Shown one piece after another: positions 56,522-64,000 of a stretch of DNA of 64,000 bases. Origin of the DNA: a bacterium. GTDB lineage: Bacteria; Electryoneota; Electryoneia; Electryoneales; Electryoneaceae. Position 1 is the first letter of the stretch. Each line of letters begins with the position of its first letter. The stretch is taken from positions 2,432,001 to 2,496,000 of the forward strand of contig CAXXKJ010000002.1 in assembly GCA_963675295.2 (NCBI GenBank), read 5' to 3'. Both the position numbers and the translations under genes were made by a program. Below the pieces are notes generated by a model. It searched no databases. It was given only the letters and a program-made list of their open reading frames with translations, and was not told the DNA's origin.

Positions 56522-57154
56522 ATGAATCGGGAGCAACGCAAGCCGTCGTTCGCACTGACCGAGATGGAGAAGCGAACTCTCTTCGTGCTGGCGTTGCTGC
56601 TGGTAATCGGGCTGGTCGCAAAGCAGGTTTTGCGGTGGACAGATGGTGGGGAAGGCGTCGTAATCCAAGGCGCTCCGCCGGTTGCGGCGCTTCCGGAGGA
56701 CTCCATGTCGACGGAAGCACTCCCGGGCGGGAATGCCTCAGGTTCACTGGCACCTTCCACGTCTGACGATGTACCTTCCGTTTTGCATGCCTCCTCTTCG
56801 GGGGAATCCGTTTCGGAGACTCCGGGTGGAGGTGATGGGGATCGGTCTACATCCGATCCCGGGCGCTGGAGCGACGTTTCTCCACAACTGCAGCAGGATC
56901 AGGTCAAAGTACGTGTGGGTGAGGAATCCGCTGAACCGTCAACACGGGCGCAGCGGTTAAACCTGAACACGTGTACGGTGTCCGAGCTGGAGAGTATTCC
57001 CGGCATCGGTCAGGTTCTGGCCTCACGAATCCTGCAGTGGCGAAGCGAACACGGTGCCTTCCAGCGGCTGGAAGACCTCCTGCTGGTTGAAGGAATAGGC
57101 GAGAAACGGCTGGCCACGTTGCGGCAGCATGTCGACGTCCAGCCTGGTCACTAG
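56522..57154 (+). CDS. comEA: ComEA-family helix-hairpin-helix DNA-binding protein
   Basis: N-terminal TM, low-complexity linker, LNLNT....ELESIPGIG..LA.RI...R...G.F..LEDLL.V.GIGEK. Confidence 0.88.
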   Translation: MNREQRKPSFALTEMEKRTLFVLALLLVIGLVAKQVLRWTDGGEGVVIQGAPPVAALPEDSMSTEALPGGNASGSLAPSTSDDVPSVLHASSSGESVSETPGGGDGDRSTSDPGRWSDVSPQLQQDQVKVRVGEESAEPSTRAQRLNLNTCTVSELESIPGIGQVLASRILQWRSEHGAFQRLEDLLLVEGIGEKRLATLRQHVDVQPGH

Positions 57155-57175
57155 TGGAGAGTAAGGGGAAGCACG

Positions 57176-58456
57176 ATGGCTGAAACCCGTCACTATGAAC
57201 CACGCGGCAGTTGGATTTTGAAGATCCTGATTGTGATTCTCGTTGTCGCCCTGGTCGCGAGCGTGCTCTATCCTCAGAAGTTGTGGCAGAAGCAGGACGA
57301 GTTGACCGCGGCGAGCCGTCTCACGATGGACAACCTGAACTTTGTGGTTCAGCGCTATCATGAGGCAACAGACAGCTACATCGCGGATCTCGACAGCCTG
57401 CTCCGGTTCATGGAGAACGATTCGATCGCGGTCAAGCGCGCGACGTTCGAAATGGACAAGATGTCGCTGTATGATGCTCCGTACGACTCGTTCATCGTCG
57501 ACTTCTCGGACAAGTTCCACTTCTCCGAAATCATGACGGAAGCGTACAGCCAGGGGCAGATGGTCAGCGAAGACCAGATGGAGAGCGCGCTGGTCGATTC
57601 GATCCTGATCAAGATGATGCCGAAGCCGGAATTTGAAGGTGTTGTCCGTCCGGTGCTGTACAAGATGGTGTCGCCGCAGGATCTGCATTATTACTACCCG
57701 ATGCAGGGTGACGATGACACGCGTTTGATCGTCTGGGGTGACGGCAAGATCACCCGTGACTACCTGCCGTACGAAGAGTACCTCGTCCCATCCAAGGAAT
57801 ACCTGTTGACGATGCCGTTGTCTGAGCTTCGCAACGATCCGATTACCGGTACCGAGTACCTGCTGAACCTCAACACCCGGTTGTCAATCGAAGGCAAGAT
57901 CGATTACAACATGGTCAGCCGCGGTGAGCCGGAAAACCCGGTACTGGGAAAGGAGCTGTACACCAACCTGTTTGTGAACCGGTTGGCGCGTCAGGCTCGT
58001 GCGCGTCTCGAGCAGGACATGCAGAAGGACACCACGCTGTACGAGATGCAGCTCGAACTGCAGGGTGACTACTTCGAGGTGGAAATCGAACTGTTGTCAC
58101 CGCGCAAGACGACGACCGTGGAGGCGAACACCGAAGTGATGACTCCGGTGGATTCGGTAGCATCCTACCAGGATATCGACCGTCTGCGCGACATGCTGTT
58201 CACCGTACAATATGACAGCCTGATCCGTGTCTGGACCGACCTTGAGGCGGTGCAGGATGTGATTGCCAAGCTGACGTACACCGAGACGATCGGTGTGACC
58301 AAGATTGACACGATCGGCGTTACGATCCGTCCGCAGATGGGCGAAGAATACGATCTGCCGTCGGAGGGATTCCTCGAATCGATCTTCACCGTCGGCCCGA
58401 TCGAGAATCCGGGTTACATTGAGAACAACGACTTGTCGTGGAGCGAAACCCGCTGA
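57176..58456 (+). CDS. Hypothetical membrane-anchored protein with pilin-like N-terminus
   Basis: RBS AAGGGGA; RG followed by a hydrophobic helix and an amphipathic helix; strong codon bias. Confidence 0.7.
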   Translation: MAETRHYEPRGSWILKILIVILVVALVASVLYPQKLWQKQDELTAASRLTMDNLNFVVQRYHEATDSYIADLDSLLRFMENDSIAVKRATFEMDKMSLYDAPYDSFIVDFSDKFHFSEIMTEAYSQGQMVSEDQMESALVDSILIKMMPKPEFEGVVRPVLYKMVSPQDLHYYYPMQGDDDTRLIVWGDGKITRDYLPYEEYLVPSKEYLLTMPLSELRNDPITGTEYLLNLNTRLSIEGKIDYNMVSRGEPENPVLGKELYTNLFVNRLARQARARLEQDMQKDTTLYEMQLELQGDYFEVEIELLSPRKTTTVEANTEVMTPVDSVASYQDIDRLRDMLFTVQYDSLIRVWTDLEAVQDVIAKLTYTETIGVTKIDTIGVTIRPQMGEEYDLPSEGFLESIFTVGPIENPGYIENNDLSWSETR

Positions 58457-59868
58457 CCGACGTTAGTTCACAAGAAGCGAAGCGCCCCCCGAGATACCGC
58501 CTGAGTTGGGACTCGCGGGGGCTTGTTCTTGAGGAGCGACAACCGGATCAGACCTACGTTGTCCGGGCGTCCTCTGCGATAACGTTTCCACCGACACCGC
58601 TTGCCGCAACCCATCCTGAGCTGGGCAAGGTTGTTGAACGGACGATTGTCCAGTTTATGCGTGGCTGGTTGCACGGTGTGGAAAAAATCAGTGTGGCGTT
58701 TTCCCCGCCCTGGGGCAACGCCTGGAAGATTCCTGTCGGCGAACTCAGCGGCGAAGATGTTCGCGAGCACGTCGAGTGGGAACTGCAGCAACGCCTGAAA
58801 GATTCCCTGCACAGTAACATTTTTGCCTGGAACCGGGTGAACGGCGAGGCATATGCCGTCGTCATTCGTCCGGAACTGCTGTCCTTCTGGGAAGATCTAC
58901 TCCGAAACCGTGGTCTCGAACTCAGCTCGGTGACCATCACGTCCGGCCTGGTCGAGCAGGAAATCGAAGAGGAAGCGGATCTGCTTCCATTGCTCCATCT
59001 GTGGCAGTCCAAGGACGAACCCGAAAACAACGGCGTTGACCATTCGATTGATGTTCAGCTGCCTTTGGATGACGCTGAGGATGAAGAGGTTCTCGAAGCT
59101 GATGTCGAGGATGAAGAAACAGTTAAACTGAACGCGGATGCCCTGAGCCAGCACCTGTCCGTCGATGAATTGGACGACGTTGAATTTGAGCCGTTAAAGC
59201 CCAGCCGGGAGCGCGGATTCCTGCCGTGGATGCTCGGTGCGGTTGGTGTGCTGGCGGTTGTCGCGGTGCTGATCTGGTTCTTCCGGGACCCGTTGATGGG
59301 CTTGTTGCAACCGTCCGCGGAGACGACCGAACTCGCTGAGTCTGTGCCTGAAGAAGACGGCATCGTAGATCAGGGAACCGGGGTGGCTGAGACTACTCCT
59401 GCAGGGACTGAGGCATCTTCCGCCGTGCTGCAGCAACGTGCGGGGTATGTACTCGACCGGCTGTTCGCTCAGGCGTTTGAGCAGAATGTCAACCTCAGTG
59501 GCGTGATTCTGCAGGGACGGGAAGTGCTGTTTGAGGCCTCCGGCGATGATGCGACGCTGAACGCGTGGAAAGCGGCTGCGTTCTCCGGACTGTCGATGAC
59601 GCCACAATCCTACGAGTCACGCGGCGGATCGTACCAGTTGGATTCGGTCATGCTGCCGGACATCCCGGAAACTCAGCTGACGGTAACCGAATTCGACCTG
59701 CTGGCATCGGATGCCGGCCTGATCGCGACGGGTGCGGGCTTGTACACCGCGAACCGTGCCGCGTTGACCTCGTTGTTCAACCGGATGGCGGAAACGGGCG
59801 AGCGTCCTTGGCGGCTGTCCGTCCACAAAACCGGCGCTGACTCCTACCACGTGTTGATGATGCCATGA
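58438..59868 (+). CDS. Hypothetical bitopic protein, PilM/GspL-like cytoplasmic domain; start uncertain
   Basis: ISVAFS...IP..LS.ED....VEWELQQ...AVVIR......LL...GLEL pattern, acidic linker, one TM, periplasmic domain. Confidence 0.6.
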   Translation: MERNPLTDVSSQEAKRPPRYRLSWDSRGLVLEERQPDQTYVVRASSAITFPPTPLAATHPELGKVVERTIVQFMRGWLHGVEKISVAFSPPWGNAWKIPVGELSGEDVREHVEWELQQRLKDSLHSNIFAWNRVNGEAYAVVIRPELLSFWEDLLRNRGLELSSVTITSGLVEQEIEEEADLLPLLHLWQSKDEPENNGVDHSIDVQLPLDDAEDEEVLEADVEDEETVKLNADALSQHLSVDELDDVEFEPLKPSRERGFLPWMLGAVGVLAVVAVLIWFFRDPLMGLLQPSAETTELAESVPEEDGIVDQGTGVAETTPAGTEASSAVLQQRAGYVLDRLFAQAFEQNVNLSGVILQGREVLFEASGDDATLNAWKAAAFSGLSMTPQSYESRGGSYQLDSVMLPDIPETQLTVTEFDLLASDAGLIATGAGLYTANRAALTSLFNRMAETGERPWRLSVHKTGADSYHVLMMP

Positions 59869-60422
59869 GACTGACCGGCGGGGAAGGAAAAGGCCGGGTC
59901 CTGTTTGACGCTCCAGACAATGTGCGCCCCACCTCCGGCCGGATTCGCGAACAACTGTTTTTCATGCTGCGTGATCGTCTAGAAGGCGCTCGTGTGCTCG
60001 ACCTGTTCGCCGGGACCGGATCGCTCGGCCTCGAGGCAATCGCTCGTGGTGCGGAGATGGCGACGTTCGTTGAGAAAAACCGGGAAGCGCTGCGGGTGAT
60101 CCGCGGTAACCTCGAGCGTTGCAAGTTCACCGACCGCGCCAAAGTTGTCACTGGTGATGTCTACCAACGTTTGCGTCAGCCATTACAACTGCGCGGTCCG
60201 TTCGACCTCATCTTCGCCGATCCGCCGTATGACGATCCCGCGTTGACCGCGTTGCTCGAAGTGTTGCGCGATCAGCGTCTGCTCACTGACGATGGCCTGT
60301 TCGTTTACGAAACCCGCCACATCGTTGATCCGGAGGAGATGGAAGGTTGGATCCTCGACGATGACCGCAAGGTGGGAGGGACACGCCTGCACTTCTACGC
60401 TCCCGACCCTGACTGGGAGTAA
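59865..60422 (+). CDS. rsmD: 16S rRNA m2G966 methyltransferase
   Basis: MRLTGG..KGR, VRPT, VLDLFAGTGSLGLEA..RGA, IFADPPY. Confidence 0.95.
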   Translation: MRLTGGEGKGRVLFDAPDNVRPTSGRIREQLFFMLRDRLEGARVLDLFAGTGSLGLEAIARGAEMATFVEKNREALRVIRGNLERCKFTDRAKVVTGDVYQRLRQPLQLRGPFDLIFADPPYDDPALTALLEVLRDQRLLTDDGLFVYETRHIVDPEEMEGWILDDDRKVGGTRLHFYAPDPDWE

Positions 60423-60428
60423 TTCGGG

Positions 60429-62216
60429 TTACTCGTCCACCGTTTGCCGCACGCCTGGCAATGCCGGGCCGATCCGTGGCTCAACCTTCGGAATGAGCAG
60501 GATCGGATCGCCGTGAATCTGGTACTCACGTGCCATCTCGGTGGCTGGTGGATAGGTGGGGTCGATTCGAACCGCCCACCGAATGTAGTCCGCGACCTTG
60601 ATCGTGAACGTTTCCTGCCGCAGGAATTCTGCCCGTTGGATGAACATCCTCGAATAGTCACGGATGGTTTGCTGCACTAATGGGCGCTCATCTGCCCGCC
60701 GGTATACCGGACCGAGGTTCAGCCCTTCAAACAGGAAGGGGTAGGTTTTTCCCGCATACACCCGCCACAGCAACCCCTCCGGCACCAGCGGCACCTCGGG
60801 TCCCGGATCGAGCTCGGAGCTGAACAACACGCCGCTGGTCAATGACTGCTGGGCGTCCTTAATCCATGCGCTGAAGAACTGCAGGCTGGCGCGTTCACGC
60901 TGGATGGGATCTGTACTGGTTGACAGCGTTTCCCGCAACTCGGCATAACTCGCCAGCGCACGCTCGGTTTGCAGCAACGTATCCAGGTGAAACGATTCGA
61001 GATACCGGGAACAGCTCAGCAATGTCGGATCGACCAGGATCAGGTCAGGCCGAAGATCCATCGCCCGTTGCATATAGAGATACGGCGCCAGCAAGCGTTC
61101 GTGATCGGTTGTCGCGATCAGGGTTTCGTAGCGCTGGGTGGCCATCACGTTACGTGCATGAATCTGCCATAAGTCTTCGCCGTGACGGTTGATCGACGGT
61201 CCCTGAACGAACCAGATCGCGGGAATCAGCAGCCATACGGTCAGGTTCAATCCGCGCGGCAGCCGGTTGAACAGCACTGCCAGCCCGACCGTGGTCAGTC
61301 CCGCCACCAGCATCCCCACAAGGATTGCGGCGAATTGGGTGGAAAACTGGAAGAGGGATGCCAGATTGATGAAACCGAGGACCAGGATGCCGGGCACGAT
61401 CCAGTTTCGCTCGGCACGAATGATGGCAACGACGACAAACAAAAGGGCGACGGGCGTCAGCGCGTGCAGCTTGCTCCACATCAGCAGATTGAACCCGTTG
61501 AGGTCGGCTGGGATGTTCGGCGGTTGACTGAAGAGGCCGTTCAGCGTGAAAACCGGATTCAACGTTGGCAGCAGGAACAGAAACAACGGTATCAGGCCGG
61601 CCAAGAGGGCGGGAATCCACCCGGTTCTGCCGCGTCGTTGCAGCAAGAGCCAGACATGGAGTGGCAACAGGAACACCACAGCGGCGTGCGCGGTAAGCGC
61701 CAGGCCAAACAACAGTGCGGAAAGCAGGCGCGGTCGGTCGTTATCGTACTCCATCACCAGCCACAGAGACGCCAGCACCAGTGCCAACGCCAGCGGGGCC
61801 GGGTTGAGTGTCAGCGCTGCTGTCCAGGTTGTCTGTGTGATCCCGGCCAGCGTTCCGGCAAACATCGCCAGCGAACTCGCACCCCATGGCACGACACGGT
61901 TGATCCCCCGATACATGAACAGTGCGAAGAATCCGGACGCCACAGCCATCAGCACCACATTGAACCATCCAGCGATGACATGCGGCAAGATGTTTGAAAT
62001 CGGAATCGACCCCAGCAGCAGCAGGATCGTGCGGTATAACGGGGAGATCACAGCGCTGGCCGGTTCACCAGTGGCGGTGAGTACATTCGCCCATCCGGCG
62101 GCGACACCAGGACCGACAACGTTGAGTTGTGTCATCCCGTAGGCGCCGAGACTGAACAGAAACGGCACGGCGAAGATGAACCACGGGCGGGGAGTAGGTT
62201 CGGATCGGATCGTCAC
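60429..62216 (-). CDS. Polytopic membrane protein (DUF2723/GT-C-like); start uncertain
   Basis: About 10 TMs, SPLY.., LLFGLALTAH, C-terminal soluble domain PYLYMQ...RPDL and PEGLLWRV. Confidence 0.6.
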   Translation of the reverse strand: MTIRSEPTPRPWFIFAVPFLFSLGAYGMTQLNVVGPGVAAGWANVLTATGEPASAVISPLYRTILLLLGSIPISNILPHVIAGWFNVVLMAVASGFFALFMYRGINRVVPWGASSLAMFAGTLAGITQTTWTAALTLNPAPLALALVLASLWLVMEYDNDRPRLLSALLFGLALTAHAAVVFLLPLHVWLLLQRRGRTGWIPALLAGLIPLFLFLLPTLNPVFTLNGLFSQPPNIPADLNGFNLLMWSKLHALTPVALLFVVVAIIRAERNWIVPGILVLGFINLASLFQFSTQFAAILVGMLVAGLTTVGLAVLFNRLPRGLNLTVWLLIPAIWFVQGPSINRHGEDLWQIHARNVMATQRYETLIATTDHERLLAPYLYMQRAMDLRPDLILVDPTLLSCSRYLESFHLDTLLQTERALASYAELRETLSTSTDPIQRERASLQFFSAWIKDAQQSLTSGVLFSSELDPGPEVPLVPEGLLWRVYAGKTYPFLFEGLNLGPVYRRADERPLVQQTIRDYSRMFIQRAEFLRQETFTIKVADYIRWAVRIDPTYPPATEMAREYQIHGDPILLIPKVEPRIGPALPGVRQTVDE

Positions 62217-62349
62217 AGGTTTCGCTTCCTCTTGCTGCGAGAACTTAGCGGCAGGCATCCGGCACGGCAAGCCCATGGAAGATGGCTCGAGGCACCCACC
62301 GGGCCCCGGCTATCGTGTATATTCTGTTGGTTTTGCATGGAGAAAGACG

Positions 62350-63228
62350 ATGCGGTTGACGATGATGATTTCCGGGGAGATCCCGGAATTGTTCATTTTA
62401 ACGGATGACGGGCGGCATGTTCGTGTCGCGGATCTGCTCAAGGCAGCGGACACGGTTTCGTTTCACCTGCGCGATCCGGAACATCCTGCGATGACGGACG
62501 TTTTCCGCTCGGGGGATGTGTCCGCAAGCCTGGCGTGGCTGGAGCAACTGGCCGGATCGGCTTCAGGATTCGACATCAGCGGCTGGTCTTGGTCGGTTCC
62601 GGATACCGGCGGCTCGCTGTATTGTGTTGGCCGGAATTACGCCGCGCACGCCGCCGAGCTCGGCAACAAGGTTCCGGGCAAGCCGATGTTCTTCATGAAG
62701 TCCCGTGGCTGCCTCACCGCCAATGAATCGACGGTAAATCGTCCGGTGGAAAGCGACCGCGTGGATTACGAAGGGGAGCTGGCGCTGATCATCGGTGAAG
62801 CGTTGCGTGGGCCGATCAACGAACAACAGGCGCGCCGGGCGATTGTCGCAGTAACGTTGCTGAACGACATCTCCGACCGCGCGGAGCAGAACAAGGCGAA
62901 GGACGCTGGCAAGCCGTGGTTCCGTGCGAAAGCCCGGATCGGATTTGCGCCGATGGGGCCGTGGTTGCGTACGGTGGATAAATCGCGGGATCTGCGCGAC
63001 TTTACGTATCAGACAGTATTAAACGGTGAGGTGGTGCAAGAGGGTGATCCGTCGTTGTGGTTGTGGGATGCGGTTACGGTTGTGCGGGATTTGAGCGAAA
63101 CGTCCGGGTTGGAAGCCGGTGACGTGATCGCAACTGGTACACCTGCCGGTGTTGGACCGATGCAGGTGGGCGATGTGGTCGAAGTACGGAGCTCCGAAAT
63201 TGGAACTCTTCGGACTCTCATTGGCTAG
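62350..63228 (+). CDS. Fumarylacetoacetate hydrolase family protein
   Basis: CVGRNYAAHAAE, PMFFMK, DYEGELA, NDISDR, GDVIATGTPAGVG. Confidence 0.93.
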   Translation: MRLTMMISGEIPELFILTDDGRHVRVADLLKAADTVSFHLRDPEHPAMTDVFRSGDVSASLAWLEQLAGSASGFDISGWSWSVPDTGGSLYCVGRNYAAHAAELGNKVPGKPMFFMKSRGCLTANESTVNRPVESDRVDYEGELALIIGEALRGPINEQQARRAIVAVTLLNDISDRAEQNKAKDAGKPWFRAKARIGFAPMGPWLRTVDKSRDLRDFTYQTVLNGEVVQEGDPSLWLWDAVTVVRDLSETSGLEAGDVIATGTPAGVGPMQVGDVVEVRSSEIGTLRTLIG

Positions 63229-63507
63229 CCCGGGGTACGGAGCAATCAGGGCGGATTTGTTATCAGTATTTTGGATAAATAAATAAGCAATGTTAACATA
63301 GTGTAGAAAATTGTATAGTCTTCTGCCTCTTTAATTCCGGTGAGCGTGCCGCTCGTATTCCGCAGGTTGGTTAGTTTTCGGGTAAAAACAGCTCGTGATA
63401 GTTGAAAATGCGTGATTTCGGAGGTTGACTTTTTTTGTGGGATAATGTTACATTTGTCGTGGTTCTAGATAAGTTCTCGTTTACTTTTAGCGATAAAATG
63501 CTATATT

Positions 63508-64000
63508 ATGGACACATCCACTTCGCCACAATCCTCACAATTTCGGAAGCAGGTGCTGCGAGAGGCCTTGCCTGAACTGTTGAAAGGAAACAGTTCGGAT
63601 GAGGAGATGATCCAAAGTGCCGCGAACTGGTGGCAAAGCTCTGGACCGAATTCGGTTCCTCCACGCGACTATCTCTACTACATCACGCAGCTTAACGACT
63701 ATGCACGTTGGCGCGCCTCGAAGCTCGGCCAGCTGCATGAGAGTGCCGTTTCGTATTCGGAATCGTCGTTTCTGCCGGACCCTTTCCAGCAATTTCTGCG
63801 CGAACGCTCGTACACTGTTTCCGAGTTGCCTGGCGATACGGGACTGCGGCTGGAACATGGTCTACGCACCCTGGTCGGCGATTCACGTATCTGGCGGGAT
63901 GTAATCGGTGTGGTGCAGGGGGCGGCATTCAGCGACGTACCGACGTTGATCAACGGTGAGGTTGGCACTGGCAAATCGCAAATCGCTCGTGTGATTCATG
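63508..64000 (+). CDS. Partial sigma-54-dependent activator (bEBP), truncated by the window edge
   Basis: Not in the ORF track; my translation from ATG 63508 is open to the edge and ends LVGDSRIWRDV...AFSDVPTLINGEVGTGKSQIARVIH, the start of a sigma-54 AAA+ domain with Walker A. Confidence 0.85.
   Translation, partial: MDTSTSPQSSQFRKQVLREALPELLKGNSSDEEMIQSAANWWQSSGPNSVPPRDYLYYITQLNDYARWRASKLGQLHESAVSYSESSFLPDPFQQFLRERSYTVSELPGDTGLRLEHGLRTLVGDSRIWRDVIGVVQGAAFSDVPTLINGEVGTGKSQIARVIH

Overview
A ~60% GC bacterial chromosomal window, mostly housekeeping genes. It contains ecfA-like, ackA, pheST, zapB-like, zapA, 6S RNA, rny, hutH, amidohydrolase, yfcC, gmhB, gmhA, ugd, leuS, fixCX, dapF, tkt, folC, recO, msbA-like, tatD, ftsEX, hrcA-grpE-dnaJ, comEA, rsmD and three tRNAs (Thr-CGT, Phe-GAA, Pro-CGG). 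Several secreted repeat proteins are present, two with T9SS-type C-terminal domains, which points by inference to an FCB-group lineage. No integrase, transposase, CRISPR array or phage genes were seen. The most interesting unannotated signal is non-coding, on the minus strand at 35.2-35.9 kb. There, a paired enhancer-type palindrome (GYGCA-N5-TGCAC x2) and a near-consensus sigma-54 -24/-12 promoter precede a ~300-nt transcript with no credible ORF. That transcript carries 8 GCAC motifs and 6 CGGUU motifs, is closed by a 5'/3' stem, and ends in an intrinsic terminator, making it a candidate sigma-54-controlled protein-sponge sRNA. Other findings include a second multi-hairpin candidate sRNA with four CCUCC anti-SD motifs (50.2-50.4 kb), tandem repeats that begin at the stop codons of three genes, and two dispersed palindrome families. 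There is also a frameshifted PD-(D/E)XK nuclease gene, a shared Ig-like module in three secreted proteins, and a comEA-linked pilin/PilMN-like pair. All product calls come from motif recognition by eye; no database searches were run.
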